A stretch of 64,000 nucleotides of DNA, from the NCBI RefSeq assembly GCF_034519335.1, contig NZ_JAXHOL010000003.1:27597-91596 (forward strand). Reading direction: 5' to 3'. How positions within the stretch are numbered: position 1 is the first letter of the stretch; every line of letters starts with the position of its first letter. The notes under the pieces are model-generated. The model worked only from the letters and a program-made list of their open reading frames with translations, was not told the origin of the DNA and did no database searches. The position numbers and the translations under genes are program-made. Positions 53,286 through 64,000 of the stretch are shown in pieces. This DNA comes from Rhodoferax sp. Its GTDB lineage: Bacteria > Pseudomonadota > Gammaproteobacteria > Burkholderiales > Burkholderiaceae_C.

Positions 53286-53527
53286 GCAGCGGCGTTGTCT
53301 TCGGGAACGGCGGCCAAATTCACAGCACGTCCGGGAACAATGGTGGAAATGGCATGCTTGTACACCATTTGGGTAACGGTATTGCGCAAGAGCACCACGT
53401 ACTGGTCAAACGATTCGATTTGGCCTTGAAGCTTGATGCCGTTGACCAAATAAATGGACACTGGCACATGTTCCCTGCGCAAGGCATTGAGGAACGGGTC
53501 TTGTAGAAGTTGGCCTTTGTTGCTCAC
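53282..53527 (-). CDS. hfq: RNA chaperone Hfq
   Basis: [32 protein letters not shown]; GTG start. Confidence 0.97.
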   Translation of the reverse strand: MSNKGQLLQDPFLNALRREHVPVSIYLVNGIKLQGQIESFDQYVVLLRNTVTQMVYKHAISTIVPGRAVNLAAVPEDNAAA

Positions 53528-53617
53528 GATATTCTCCGTGTTCAAGTAGTGAATGGAGCCTGACGATACCACAGCCGCCGAAGCCCGGATCCGTCCAAAG
53601 TCTTATGGACTAAGGAC

Positions 53618-54961
53618 CTAGCGGTCGTTCTTGTCGGCATAGGGGTTGGCGGAGGACTTCATCTCGATACGCAAAGGTGTACCAATGAGGTTGAATTCCT
53701 TGCGGAAACGCCCTTCTAGGAAGCGCTTGTATGCCTCAGTCACATGCTCCAGCGAATTGCCGTGGATCACGATGATGGGTGGATTCATGCCGCCCTGGTG
53801 GGCATAACGCAACTTGGGGCGGTACGCTCCATTTTTCTTGGGCGTTTGAAACTGAACAGCTTCCAAAAGCAGGCGGGTTAGCACCGGTGTCGGCATCTTG
53901 CAGTTGGCAGCACGGTGCGCTTGGGCAATTGAATCCCAGACAGGCCCCAAGCCTTGACGCTTCTGCGCGGAAATCATGTGCAGCGCTGCAAATTTGAGGA
54001 AGCCTAAGCGGGTCTCCAGCGAACGACGCACCAGCTCGCGCTGGTAGTCGTCCACTGCATCCCATTTATTCACCGCCACCACGACGGCACGCCCGGACTC
54101 CAAAATGTAGCCTGCTATGTGCGCATCCTGATCAGTAACGCCTTGGGTGGCATCGATCAGCAAAAGCACCACACTGGCAGATTCAATGGCCTGCAAGGTT
54201 TTGACAACCGAGAACTTCTCGATCGCCTCAAACACCTGCCCCTTGCGACGCAAACCCGCAGTGTCAATCAATTCAAAGCGTTGGCCATTGCGCTCAAACG
54301 GTACCGATATGGCGTCCCGCGTCGTCCCAGGCATATCGAATGCCACCAACCGCTCCTCACCTAGCCAAGTATTGATGAGCGTGGACTTGCCCACATTGGG
54401 ACGCCCGGCTACCGCCAGCTTGACGACGGCAGGGTCTTCTTCTGCCTCCGCCTCCTCAGGCAACACCCATCCCAAACGGTCTATCGCCATGTCGATCAGT
54501 GAGCGAATACCCTGACCATGCGCCGCCGAAACGGGGAACACATCCCCCAGGCCCAACTCAAAGAACTCGACCAGTTGGGCGCCCTCTTTCATGCCTTCTG
54601 CCTTGTTGGCAACTACCAAACACGGCTTGCCCAATTTGCGCAGGTATTTGCCAATGTCGTGATCTTGGGCGGAGAGCCCTCCACGGGCATCAACAACAAA
54701 CACCACGACATCAGCCTCCGCCACGGCTTGACGGGTTTGTTTGGCCATCTCGCGGTAGATACCGCTGCTGGCATCGGGCTCAAAGCCCCCGGTATCAATA
54801 ACAATGAATTCGTGCTTACCCTGCTTGCCACTGCCGTAATGGCGATCTCGGGTCAAGCCCGCGTAGTCGGCAACAATCGCATCACGAGTTTTGGTCATGC
54901 GATTGAAGAGCGTCGATTTACCCACATTGGGGCGCCCTACCAAGGCAATCACTGGTTTCAT
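53618..54961 (-). CDS. der: Ribosome biogenesis GTPase Der
   Basis: Two GTPase domains (GRPNVGKST twice), C-terminal KH-like. Confidence 0.97.
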   Translation of the reverse strand: MKPVIALVGRPNVGKSTLFNRMTKTRDAIVADYAGLTRDRHYGSGKQGKHEFIVIDTGGFEPDASSGIYREMAKQTRQAVAEADVVVFVVDARGGLSAQDHDIGKYLRKLGKPCLVVANKAEGMKEGAQLVEFFELGLGDVFPVSAAHGQGIRSLIDMAIDRLGWVLPEEAEAEEDPAVVKLAVAGRPNVGKSTLINTWLGEERLVAFDMPGTTRDAISVPFERNGQRFELIDTAGLRRKGQVFEAIEKFSVVKTLQAIESASVVLLLIDATQGVTDQDAHIAGYILESGRAVVVAVNKWDAVDDYQRELVRRSLETRLGFLKFAALHMISAQKRQGLGPVWDSIAQAHRAANCKMPTPVLTRLLLEAVQFQTPKKNGAYRPKLRYAHQGGMNPPIIVIHGNSLEHVTEAYKRFLEGRFRKEFNLIGTPLRIEMKSSANPYADKNDR

Positions 54962-54980
54962 GGTTCAGAACCCTTCAAAC

Positions 54981-56120
54981 TTATTCGGGTCGGAACGCAA
55001 AAACGCCGCCCTTTTGCGTAACGGCAATCAATGTCTTACCAACGAGAACCGGCGCGCCCAAGATGGCCGAGCCATCCGTCGTAGCCCGGTCCATGGGCGC
55101 ACCATCGGTGCGGGAGAGGAAATGAAGTACCCCCAAACTGTCACCGACAGCCAAGGTCTGGCCAACAACGGCTGGCGTACCCAAACCACGCCAACGCAGT
55201 GCCTCATTCACCCATACGCGTTCACCAGATTTGCGGTTCCAGGCGATGAGTTTGCTGTCTGCCTCTGAACCAAAGACAAAGTCCGCATCGCCACCCAAAC
55301 CTGTGGTGCCTGAAGCGGGTTTGTTCCAAACCATGGCGCCAGTGCTAGCATCAACACAGGCCACGGCTGCCTGGAAGGACCGTACGCACACACCCGACTG
55401 AACACGAGTCACACCAGCAACCAGATCCACAAGGCGCTCGACGTCATTGGTTCCGCGACTAACGGCTACCGGCGCTTCCCAACGAGAAGTCCCGTTCAAG
55501 GGATTGAGACCTAGCAAGCGTCCAGCGACGCCAGCCACCAGGGTGTCACCAACGGCGAGCAATACGCCAGCTTGCCCCAATACCAGGGGATCCGAAGTGC
55601 GCTGCAATTGCCACAAACGCTGGCCAGTTTCTGCGTCGAACGCGGTCACCGTGCGATCTGCGGACAAAGTGAAAATGCGAGCCCCCGCCACCAGAGGCGT
55701 CGTCAGACTCAAGGCACCCAAGCGTTGTCGCCACTTCAACTTGCCCGCTGACAACACAATCAGCTCCCCCGCCTCCGACATCACAGCAGACGTCTGCCCG
55801 TCGCTACCAACACCGGAAACCAAGGGCACGCCAACGCCGAGTTGCCAGGCAACGCTTCCGTTTTCCGCCTGCAGTGCAGTCACCATGCCGTCCGTGGAGG
55901 CAAGTAAAACTTGAGAGCCGACCACGCGTGGCTGCATAGAGGCTTCAAGAGGCCCCACACGGCTTGTCCATGCGGACTTCACCCCGATCAAACCAATGTT
56001 GGCACCCAATTCCTTGGGGACCGGTTTGCTGGGGCCGGAGCAAGCCGCTAGAACGGCTGCCAGCATGACAACAGTTACCCTAAGAGACATTTGGCGCAAC
56101 ACGAAACAAACCATAGTCAA
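54981..56120 (-). CDS. bamB: Outer membrane protein assembly factor BamB
   Basis: Lipobox LAAC, PQQ-like propeller repeats, NDVERLVD; conserved synteny. Confidence 0.92.
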   Translation of the reverse strand: MTMVCFVLRQMSLRVTVVMLAAVLAACSGPSKPVPKELGANIGLIGVKSAWTSRVGPLEASMQPRVVGSQVLLASTDGMVTALQAENGSVAWQLGVGVPLVSGVGSDGQTSAVMSEAGELIVLSAGKLKWRQRLGALSLTTPLVAGARIFTLSADRTVTAFDAETGQRLWQLQRTSDPLVLGQAGVLLAVGDTLVAGVAGRLLGLNPLNGTSRWEAPVAVSRGTNDVERLVDLVAGVTRVQSGVCVRSFQAAVACVDASTGAMVWNKPASGTTGLGGDADFVFGSEADSKLIAWNRKSGERVWVNEALRWRGLGTPAVVGQTLAVGDSLGVLHFLSRTDGAPMDRATTDGSAILGAPVLVGKTLIAVTQKGGVFAFRPE

Positions 56121-56770
56121 TTAGGCGCTGTTTCTGAGGCACCAAGAGCACCCAGCTTGACAGATACCAGGCGACGATATTCTGCTCGCGTGTCCAAGCC
56201 AGCCCAGGCTTTGCGGTACTCCACCACGGCATCAGCACCTTTCCCTTGCGCCATGAGCATGTCCCCTTTTTTGTCGGCCACCAATGCGACAAATGGAGCA
56301 GGGTAAGTCTCCGCAAGCACCTTGGTTGCCAGATCAAACTCTTTGGATTCGATGTACATGCCGGACAGACGCAATTTGGCAATGGCGGCATATGCAGGGT
56401 CACCTTGGCTGGCACTGACCCAAACCAACGTCGTTCTCGCAAGATCGCTTTTGTCGCTCTGGTACGCCAGCTTTGCCAAGGCGAGACCCGCTTGCTGTGT
56501 GTACACCGTTGATGCGAAACGGTCTTTCATGTCGCCAAAAACACGCTCTGCCAGCACCAAATCGCCGCTACGCAGCACCTTGTCAACTTCTTCGAACATT
56601 ACCGAGGCTTGCGCTGCGGCACGCTTCTGCCAATATTGGTAGCCATTCCAAGCCGCAAAAGCACCCAAAACCACAATGAGCAGTCCCGTAATGAGATTGC
56701 CATACTGTTTCCAGAAATGCTTGATTTGGTCTAGCTGCTCTTGTTCTTCAAGGTCTAAATGATTTGCCAT
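56117..56770 (-). CDS. yfgM: YfgM-family TPR protein
   Basis: DLEEQEQLDQIKHFWKQYG; between hisS and bamB. Confidence 0.9.
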   Translation of the reverse strand: MANHLDLEEQEQLDQIKHFWKQYGNLITGLLIVVLGAFAAWNGYQYWQKRAAAQASVMFEEVDKVLRSGDLVLAERVFGDMKDRFASTVYTQQAGLALAKLAYQSDKSDLARTTLVWVSASQGDPAYAAIAKLRLSGMYIESKEFDLATKVLAETYPAPFVALVADKKGDMLMAQGKGADAVVEYRKAWAGLDTRAEYRRLVSVKLGALGASETAPN

Positions 56771-56782
56771 AACGGTCTTTGA

Positions 56783-58108
56783 TTAGGTGGCGGATTGTAG
56801 GCCTTTGGCCCACAGGCTTAGATCGACCAAGGCCACGCTATGTTGTGCCTTCGAAGGGTCGCGCAAGTCTTTGATCGTGACCTGGTTTTGCAACAGCTCA
56901 TCCTGTCCAAACACCAGCGCATAACGAGCACCAGAGGCATCGGCTTTTTTGAACTGGGACTTCAAGCTGGCCATGCCTTCCGCACCGGCAGGCTGCATTT
57001 GTACCGACGTACCATGGGCACGCAGCTGCTGAAGGGTAGCCATAACCCGCGGGAAGTCCTTGCTGTCACCCACAATCGCGTAGGCATCCAGAGGTGCCAC
57101 GGCCACAGCAGCGTTAGTCTCCTTGAGCAACTCCAGAACCCGTTCAACACCCAAAGCCCAGCCCACAGCAGGGCTGGGTTTGCCGCCAATCTGCACAATG
57201 AGGTCGTCATAACGACCACCTGCACACACGGTGCCTTGGGAACCCAATCGATCGGTGACAAACTCAAACACGGTGAGGTTGTAGTAGTCCAATCCCCGCA
57301 CCAAGCGAGGGTTGATGGTGTACGCAACTCCGTTGGCATTAAGGATGGACTTGAGACCTTCGAAATGCGCGAGCGATTCGGTACCGAGAAAATCCAGCAG
57401 ACGAGGGGCTCCAGCCACCATTTCCTGCATTGTTGGGTTTTTGGTGTCCAAGATGCGCAATGGGTTGCTGTGCAGCCGGCGTTTTGCCTCTTCGTCCAGC
57501 AAATGGGCATGTCGCTCAAAATAGGCAATCAGCTGGGCCCGGTGCTGAGCGCGCTCCGCAGGCTGCCCCAAGCTGTTGAGCTCCAGACGAACATCGGTCA
57601 GACCTATGGATTTCCAAAGCGCGACAGCCAACAAAATAACTTCTGCATCCGTTTCGGGTCCACCAAATCCAAGGGCCTCAACGCCAACTTGGTGGAACTG
57701 GCGATAGCGCCCGCGCTGCGGCTTTTCGCGACGAAACATCGGGCCCATATAAAAAAGACGCTTGCCACCGTCATAAAGCAAATTGCTCTCAATGACAGCA
57801 CGCACAACCGCCGCCGTTCCCTCAGGCCGCATGCTCAGATGTTCTGCTTGCCCATGTTTGTCTGAGCGGTCTTCGAAGGAGTACATCTCCTTCTCAACAA
57901 TATCCGTGACTTCCCCGATGCCACGCACGAAAAGTGACGTGTGTTCGAGAATGGGGGTACGGATGTTGCGGTAGGCATACCGCACCATAAGCTCCCGCAC
58001 GGCCTGCTCAAGCGCCTCCCATTGGGCCGACTCTGGCGGCAGAATGTCATTCATCCCCTTGACGCCAACCAACCTTTCCGCCTTGCGCGGAACTGCCTTC
58101 TCATCCAT
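56783..58108 (-). CDS. hisS: Histidine--tRNA ligase
   Basis: [39 protein letters not shown]. Confidence 0.97.
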   Translation of the reverse strand: MDEKAVPRKAERLVGVKGMNDILPPESAQWEALEQAVRELMVRYAYRNIRTPILEHTSLFVRGIGEVTDIVEKEMYSFEDRSDKHGQAEHLSMRPEGTAAVVRAVIESNLLYDGGKRLFYMGPMFRREKPQRGRYRQFHQVGVEALGFGGPETDAEVILLAVALWKSIGLTDVRLELNSLGQPAERAQHRAQLIAYFERHAHLLDEEAKRRLHSNPLRILDTKNPTMQEMVAGAPRLLDFLGTESLAHFEGLKSILNANGVAYTINPRLVRGLDYYNLTVFEFVTDRLGSQGTVCAGGRYDDLIVQIGGKPSPAVGWALGVERVLELLKETNAAVAVAPLDAYAIVGDSKDFPRVMATLQQLRAHGTSVQMQPAGAEGMASLKSQFKKADASGARYALVFGQDELLQNQVTIKDLRDPSKAQHSVALVDLSLWAKGLQSAT

Positions 58109-58119
58109 ATGCATTCAAA

Positions 58120-59388
58120 TCAAGTGTTGGGGACAGACGGTGCGAATCTCTGCCGAATATAGTTTTCGACCACCGTCTGGAACTCGGCGGCGATTGCATC
58201 GCCACGAAGCGTCATGCGCTTTTCGCCATCAATAAATACAGGTGCTGCGGGGGCTTCTCCGGTACCCGGCAGGCTGATGCCAATATCTGCGTGTTTGCTC
58301 TCCCCCGGGCCGTTAACGATGCACCCCATAACAGCAACCTTGAGGTTCTCAACACCAGGGTAGGCAGAACGCCAGATAGGCATTTTGTCGCGCAAAAAGT
58401 CATCAATCTGTTTGGTGAGCTCTTGGAAAGTGGTGCTGGTGGTGCGACCACAGCCCGGACAGGCGGTGACACTGGGGACAAACTTGCGCAACCCCAGAGA
58501 CTGGAGAATCTCAGACGCGACCACCACTTCCTGCGTACGCGCTTCTCCGGGGGCGGGCGTCAACGACACACGGATGGTGTCACCGATACCATCTTGCAAT
58601 AGAACAGCAAGTGCTGCAGTGGAAGCCACGGTGCCTTTCGTCCCCATGCCTGCTTCGGTCAACCCAAGGTGCAAAGCATAGCGCGACCGCTGCGCCAGCG
58701 CGCGGTATACAGCGATCAAATCCTGAACGCCGCTTACCTTGCAGGAAAGAATGATTTGCTCTGCGGGCAAACCGATCTCCTCGGCTCGCTGCGCAGACTC
58801 CAAAGCCGAGACGATCAGGGCTTCGTACATCACCTGCTTTGCATCCCATGGAGCTGCCCGCCGGCTATTTTCATCCATCAACGAAGCTAACAACTCTTGA
58901 TCCAGACTACCCCAGTTCACACCAATCCGCACGGGTTTATCCCAACGGACGGCGGCTTCAATCATCTGGGCAAACTGGCGGTCTCGCTTGTCACCCTTTC
59001 CAACATTGCCAGGGTTGATGCGGTACTTGGAGAGCGCCTGGGCGCAGTCGGGAAACTCGCTGAGTAGCCGATGCCCGTTGTAGTGGAAATCACCCACAAG
59101 AGGCACATCAATTCCCATGCGATCCAACTGATTGCGAATGTGGGGAACTGCCTGCGCCGCTTCAGGTGTGTTCACGGTAATACGCACCATCTCGGATCCG
59201 GCCAAAGCCAATTCTTTGACCTGGATTGCGGTACCAATGGCGTCCACGGTGTCCGTATTGGTCATGGATTGAATACGAACGGGCGCACCACCACCCACCG
59301 TCACAGTGTTTCCGCCCCACACCACACGGGCTTGCAGGGAGTCCCTCAATTGGGGGACAACGATCGGTACAGGAGAACCCATTTGCAC
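58120..59388 (-). CDS. ispG: HMBPP synthase (flavodoxin-dependent)
   Basis: [46 protein letters not shown]. Confidence 0.97.
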   Translation of the reverse strand: MQMGSPVPIVVPQLRDSLQARVVWGGNTVTVGGGAPVRIQSMTNTDTVDAIGTAIQVKELALAGSEMVRITVNTPEAAQAVPHIRNQLDRMGIDVPLVGDFHYNGHRLLSEFPDCAQALSKYRINPGNVGKGDKRDRQFAQMIEAAVRWDKPVRIGVNWGSLDQELLASLMDENSRRAAPWDAKQVMYEALIVSALESAQRAEEIGLPAEQIILSCKVSGVQDLIAVYRALAQRSRYALHLGLTEAGMGTKGTVASTAALAVLLQDGIGDTIRVSLTPAPGEARTQEVVVASEILQSLGLRKFVPSVTACPGCGRTTSTTFQELTKQIDDFLRDKMPIWRSAYPGVENLKVAVMGCIVNGPGESKHADIGISLPGTGEAPAAPVFIDGEKRMTLRGDAIAAEFQTVVENYIRQRFAPSVPNT

Positions 59389-60317
59389 TACTTCACCTCA
59401 AATCGCGCGACATTGTCTTTGGCAATCGCAGCCAAATTGAAAGGTTTACCCTTGACTTCAACTTCTGTGACGTCTGCACGTCCCACTACAACCGACAAAG
59501 GCAACGCCCCCGAAATTCCCGTTGTGTCGCCTTGCGCCAGATTCCTTCGCATCAAAATCGCGCCCTTGGCATCCGTCACCTCCACCCAAGAGGGGCCCTT
59601 GACGCGGAACACCACTTGCTGGCCGGCGGCAGATGGTAGCGCCGGTGCACTCGCGGCTTTTACCTCCGGTATAGCACCAACTGTTTGGGCTGAGGATACC
59701 GACGCGACAGGCAACGCCGTGGGCGTCGAAGCGGCGACCATAGCAGCAGGTATAACAGGCTCGACCGCCACCGAAGGGGGAGGAGTATCCGCTGCAGGCA
59801 TTTGCGCAAAGGGGACAACCTGCAAGGACTCCGAGGTCGCTGCAACGTCCTCGGGCGGAACTTCGGCCTGCAATTCTGGAAAGAACAGAACGCCCAAAGC
59901 TGCCGCCAACAACATCAGCACCACGATGACAACTGGCTGCTTCAGTGCGCTCGGTACAGATAGGGGGCGGCTTTCTCCAGCGGCATGAAACGGAGCGTTA
60001 ATCCCTCCATCGCTGGTCCCTAATCGGGGGGCATGCTGATGTGGCAACAAGGACAATACAGGCGCCGGGTCGATTTTCAAATTACGACACACACTGGAAG
60101 CCAGCGCCCGAACAAACACCGCATCAGGCAAGAGATCAAAGCGGTCTGCTTCCAAGGCCTCCAGCTTCTTGACCGGGACTTTCATCGACACGGCCAATGC
60201 AGCGACATGCAGGCCGGCAGCTTCACGTGCCACACGTAGCAATGTTCCTGCCGTAGCCTGAGCCGTCGGCGGCTCATTTGCAGCCGACACTGTGGTCAGC
60301 AAAGTGTCCTCACTCAT
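59388..60317 (-). CDS. rodZ: RodZ-like HTH / DUF4115 protein
   Basis: [15 protein letters not shown], single TM, C-terminal SWVEVTD; synteny pilW-rodZ-ispG. Confidence 0.85.
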   Translation of the reverse strand: MSEDTLLTTVSAANEPPTAQATAGTLLRVAREAAGLHVAALAVSMKVPVKKLEALEADRFDLLPDAVFVRALASSVCRNLKIDPAPVLSLLPHQHAPRLGTSDGGINAPFHAAGESRPLSVPSALKQPVVIVVLMLLAAALGVLFFPELQAEVPPEDVAATSESLQVVPFAQMPAADTPPPSVAVEPVIPAAMVAASTPTALPVASVSSAQTVGAIPEVKAASAPALPSAAGQQVVFRVKGPSWVEVTDAKGAILMRRNLAQGDTTGISGALPLSVVVGRADVTEVEVKGKPFNLAAIAKDNVARFEVK

Positions 60318-61158
60318 CAAATGCCCCACGTTCAAACAAAGACAGCTCCCTGGACTGGGGAAAACGCTTGCTGAGTTGCGTGCCCAATTGCGCAACGGCA
60401 TCCCTATTGCCCAAGCTGCGCTCCACCTTGATTCCCAACCACAAAGATTCAGCGTTGGCTAGATCACCATTGTTGATGCGCCGGATGTAGAACTGTGAAC
60501 GAACATACTCAGCACGCTGGAACAATACCAAGGCCAAGTTGTAGCCAGTCACAGGGCTGCTCGCGTCGAGTTCATAGGCTCTCAGCAGGCTGGCCTCAGC
60601 TTCAACGCGTTGCCCGGCCTTGGCTTGGCACACGCCCATGGCCATCCAGGATTTCGCCTTGTCGACATAGCCGGGCTCTGCTATTGCAGCCAAAAACTGT
60701 CGGTTGGCTTCAGGCATTCGGCCTTGCTGGCACAACATCCAACCCAGGTTGTGCTGTACGGAAGAAGCTTGCGGGTTAAGTTGCAGAGCTTTTCTGAAGC
60801 TTTCCTCTGCCAAGGCTGCATCATTCAAGCGCATGTAAATTAGCCCACGCAAATTATGAGCCTCCAGCAGTGTGGGATCCGCTGCGATTGACTGCTTCAA
60901 TTCATCCAGGGCAATCGTGGTCTGACCGTTGTTATAGTAGCCCACAGCCAATTCAAGACGAATGCGTGCCCGCTTGCGAGCAACCGTCTCGTCCGACTCT
61001 GTCTGCAAATCACTGCCAGACGTCGCTGGCGGTGCAGTGGAAGCGCACCCCACAACAACTACCATCAGCGCTCCAAACACGAAAGCCCCAAGCAACCGGC
61101 ACCACTTCGAACGGGCAGAAAAAAGCGAATCAGGCATCAGGTCCTTTCGTCTGCTCAT
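60310..61158 (-). CDS. pilW: Type IV pilus biogenesis/stability lipoprotein PilW (PilF)
   Basis: Lipobox [19 protein letters not shown] repeats, [10 protein letters not shown]. Confidence 0.9.
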   Translation of the reverse strand: MSRRKDLMPDSLFSARSKWCRLLGAFVFGALMVVVVGCASTAPPATSGSDLQTESDETVARKRARIRLELAVGYYNNGQTTIALDELKQSIAADPTLLEAHNLRGLIYMRLNDAALAEESFRKALQLNPQASSVQHNLGWMLCQQGRMPEANRQFLAAIAEPGYVDKAKSWMAMGVCQAKAGQRVEAEASLLRAYELDASSPVTGYNLALVLFQRAEYVRSQFYIRRINNGDLANAESLWLGIKVERSLGNRDAVAQLGTQLSKRFPQSRELSLFERGAFDE

Positions 61159-62290
61159 TCAGAGCAGTGTCCATTACGGGCTGCAGCATAACGGTTCGTT
61201 GCTTGGAAATCCGCCTTGCGACATCGGTACGATCTTTCACATCACCCGCGAGCTGCCCACAGGCTGCATCGATGTCATCGCCACGCGTTTTGCGAACAGT
61301 GGTGACGATACCCGCGTCGCTCAGAATTTTGGAGAATGCCTGAACCTGTGCTGCGTTGGAACGCTTTAGACCCGATGCAGGAAATGGATTAAAGGGAATC
61401 AAGTTGAACTTGCAAGAAACTGCAGGCCCGTTCGCAGGCCGCACCAATGCAAGCAACTCCCTCGCATGTTCCGGCGTGTCGTTTACACCTGCCAACATGC
61501 AGTACTCAAAGGTAATGAAATCACGGGGTGCAAAAGCTAAATATCGACGGCACGCATCGAGCAGCTCTGCCAAGGGGTATTTGCGATTCAGGGGTACCAA
61601 GTTGTCGCGCAGGGCGTCGTTCGGTGCATGCAGGGAGACGGCCAAGGCCACCGGACAATCCGCCCCCAACCGATCCATCATCGGAACCACGCCAGACGTG
61701 GAGACAGTAACTCGACGACGAGATAGACCATAGGCGTTGTCATTCAACATGACATATAGGGCAGGAACCAACGCGGCATAATTTTGCAGGGGCTCACCCA
61801 TACCCATCATCACTACGTTGGAGATGACCCGCTGGCTGACACCCAGATGTTTACGCAAAAAATGCTCAGCAAACCACAACTGGGCAATGATTTCCCCTGT
61901 TGTAAGGTTCCGACTAAAACCTTGATGGCCCGTGGAACAGAATCGGCATCCCACAGCACAACCCGCTTGAGAGGAAATGCATAACGTGCCGCGATCATCT
62001 TCGGGGATAAAAACTGCCTCAACAGCATCACCACCACCAACATCGAACAGCCATTTGATGGTGCCGTCACCCGATATGTGCTGGGTGATCACGGCAAGTG
62101 ATTTCATTTCCGCACAGGTCTTGAGCTTTTCGCGCAAAGACTTTGCGAGATCACTCATGTCATCAAAGGATGACGCGCCTCTTTGGTGAATCCAGCGAAA
62201 CAGCTGGGTGGCCCGGAAGCGTTTTTCTCCGAGCCGCTCACAAAAAGCGGCCAATCCCTCAAGATCGAATTCAAGAAGATTGGCCGTCAT
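61130..62290 (-). CDS. rlmN: 23S rRNA/tRNA m2A methyltransferase RlmN
   Basis: [18 protein letters not shown] radical [19 protein letters not shown]. Confidence 0.97.
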   Translation of the reverse strand: MTANLLEFDLEGLAAFCERLGEKRFRATQLFRWIHQRGASSFDDMSDLAKSLREKLKTCAEMKSLAVITQHISGDGTIKWLFDVGGGDAVEAVFIPEDDRGTLCISSQAGCAVGCRFCSTGHQGFSRNLTTGEIIAQLWFAEHFLRKHLGVSQRVISNVVMMGMGEPLQNYAALVPALYVMLNDNAYGLSRRRVTVSTSGVVPMMDRLGADCPVALAVSLHAPNDALRDNLVPLNRKYPLAELLDACRRYLAFAPRDFITFEYCMLAGVNDTPEHARELLALVRPANGPAVSCKFNLIPFNPFPASGLKRSNAAQVQAFSKILSDAGIVTTVRKTRGDDIDAACGQLAGDVKDRTDVARRISKQRTVMLQPVMDTALNEQTKGPDA

Positions 62291-62298
62291 TGCATGTC

Positions 62299-62724
62299 TT
62301 AGCGGGAGTAAACGTTCATGCCAGCGAAAAAGAACGCGATCTCGACAGCAGCAGTTTCTGCAGCGTCGGAACCGTGCACAGCGTTGGCGTCAATGCTGTC
62401 AGCGAAGTCAGCGCGGATGGTTCCGGGAGCAGCCTTCTTGGGGTCTGTCGCGCCCATCAGGTCGCGGTTTTTCAGAATGGCATTCTCACCTTCCAAGGCC
62501 TGAATCATGACGGGGCCGGAGATCATGAAATCCACCAAGTCCTTGAAGAAAGGACGCGCTTTGTGAACGGCGTAAAACGCTTCTGCTTCACCGCGGGACA
62601 GGTGTGCCATGCGTGCTGCCACGACCTTCAGACCAGCTGCTTCAAAGCGGGCGTAGATTTGGCCGATCACGTTCTTGGCGACAGCGTCGGGCTTGATGAT
62701 GGAGAGAGTGCGTTCGATAGCCAT
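62299..62724 (-). CDS. ndk: Nucleoside diphosphate kinase
   Basis: [25 protein letters not shown]. Confidence 0.98.
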   Translation of the reverse strand: MAIERTLSIIKPDAVAKNVIGQIYARFEAAGLKVVAARMAHLSRGEAEAFYAVHKARPFFKDLVDFMISGPVMIQALEGENAILKNRDLMGATDPKKAAPGTIRADFADSIDANAVHGSDAAETAAVEIAFFFAGMNVYSR

Positions 62725-62794
62725 AGGATTCCTGTGTTATGAATGAATAGACATTTGCCCCAGCAGGGGCAAAGCGCTGGATTTTACACTGTGA

Positions 62795-64000
62795 TTAACG
62801 GCTGCGTCCGCCTCGGCGCTGCCCACCTTGTCCGCCGCGGGGCCGGCCGGCAGCATCCTGACGCTGGCGTGAAAAGCTGTCAGCACCAATATAGCCAAAT
62901 GCCGTTTTCATGGGATCTGGTTGCGCGCCGGCTTGACGATCCGCCGGTTTGTCTTTGCGTCCGCCAGCACTGCGACCAGGACTCGCCCCTTGGGTGGGGC
63001 CAGCCTTGGGATACGAAGGCCCACGACCACCGGCCGATCGACCACGGGCGGGGTTGCGACTACCTGGCGCTCGTGGCGGGCGAGCGGCTCCGTCTGCTGT
63101 CCCCTCGGCGCGAGGCCGGCCGGCGCCAGCCGCCTGCGCCAACGCGCGGATGTCAACATCATCCAACTCCATCCAAGCACCGCGCTTCAATCCCCTTGGA
63201 AGCAACATGGCACCATAACGAATGCGTATCAAACGGCTCACCGCATGGCCCACAGACTCCATCATGCGACGAACCTCGCGGTTGCGGCCTTCAGAAATAG
63301 TGACTCGGTACCAGCAATTCGACCCTTCGCCCCCCCCCTCTTCGATGGAGCCAAACTGCGCCATACCGTCATCCAATTGAACACCGCTGAGCAACGCCTG
63401 TTTTTCCTCTTTACTCAAAGCCCCCAAGACACGCACGGCATATTCACGCTCCAGACCGAATCGCGGGTGCATCAGATTGTTGGCCAATTCACCAGAGCTG
63501 GTAAACAACAAGAGCCCTTCGGTATTGAGGTCCAAGCGCCCCACCGACTGCCATTTGCCTTGCTGCAGTTTGGGCAGCTTGCGAAACACGGTCGGACGGT
63601 TCTGGGGGTCGTCATGGGTAACCACTTCCCCTGCGGGCTTATGGTAAGCAATCACGCGGGCGGGTGGCGGGTCTATGCGGTAGCGGATGGGCTTCCCGTT
63701 CACCTTGATGCTGTCACCAAACTGAATGCGTTGGCCAATGTGGGCCGGCTCGTTATTCACCGAAATGCGCCCCTCCAGAATCAGCTGCTCCATTTCCAGG
63801 CGCGAACCCATTCCCGACTGGGCCAGGACCTTGTGTAGCTTGGGCGTTTCGGCCTGCGGCAAAAGAACCCGCTTGGGGGGAGGCAAATCTTCCAGCGCAT
63901 CGTCTGCATCAAACTGGCCAGACACCACATCCTCAAAGCGATATACGGTGCTTTCGCTCACAGGCGCCACTACGGGAGCGGAGCGATGCTCGTGCGCAAT
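62795..64000 (-). CDS. rluB: 23S rRNA pseudouridine synthase RluB (5' end runs off window)
   Basis: PKLHKVLAQSG S4 domain, VGRLDLNTEGLLL, EGRNREVRR; frame stays open to position 64000. Confidence 0.9.
   Translation of the reverse strand: MAHEHRSAPVVAPVSESTVYRFEDVVSGQFDADDALEDLPPPKRVLLPQAETPKLHKVLAQSGMGSRLEMEQLILEGRISVNNEPAHIGQRIQFGDSIKVNGKPIRYRIDPPPARVIAYHKPAGEVVTHDDPQNRPTVFRKLPKLQQGKWQSVGRLDLNTEGLLLFTSSGELANNLMHPRFGLEREYAVRVLGALSKEEKQALLSGVQLDDGMAQFGSIEEGGGEGSNCWYRVTISEGRNREVRRMMESVGHAVSRLIRIRYGAMLLPRGLKRGAWMELDDVDIRALAQAAGAGRPRAEGTADGAARPPRAPGSRNPARGRSAGGRGPSYPKAGPTQGASPGRSAGGRKDKPADRQAGAQPDPMKTAFGYIGADSFSRQRQDAAGRPRGGQGGQRRGGRSR

Overview
High-GC betaproteobacterial chromosome segment (gene content and intergenic repeats point to Comamonadaceae; this is inference). 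The first ~41 kb is accessory-rich: a divergent DapB-like / ClC-UspA-Tat module, a LysR + D-malate/tartrate dehydrogenase pair, a TetR-controlled oxidoreductase cluster with three visible operators and a decayed duplicate old-yellow-enzyme gene, a MerR/DUF2938 pair with a SoxR-type operator, a low-GC AAA+/DUF4143 gene with tandem operators, a fasciclin-CHI-like-two-photolyase cluster, a CadR/PbrR-controlled transglutaminase-czcI-lspA-dsbB-dsbA-L,D-transpeptidase unit with no transporter, beta-oxidation genes, a short-chain ChrA pair, a low-GC orphan SIR2-like gene and an IS30 element sitting inside a REP-like repeat. From ~41.5 kb to the end is core genome (tesA, mnmH, metC, purA-hisZ, hflKC-hflX-hfq-der-bamB-yfgM-hisS-ispG-rodZ-pilW-rlmN-ndk-rluB). 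Sequence quality is uneven: two poly-G tracts (13.3-13.7 kb, 37.72-37.80 kb), a heavily garbled stretch (about 23.3-25.5 kb) and several single-base homopolymer frameshifts look like sequencing/assembly error, so several apparent pseudogenes may be intact. No CRISPR array, tRNA or rRNA was recognised. The best candidate for an undescribed system is the CadR-gated, CzcI-leader-containing envelope-maturation operon; the orphan SIR2 and AAA+/DUF4143 genes are candidate defence genes.
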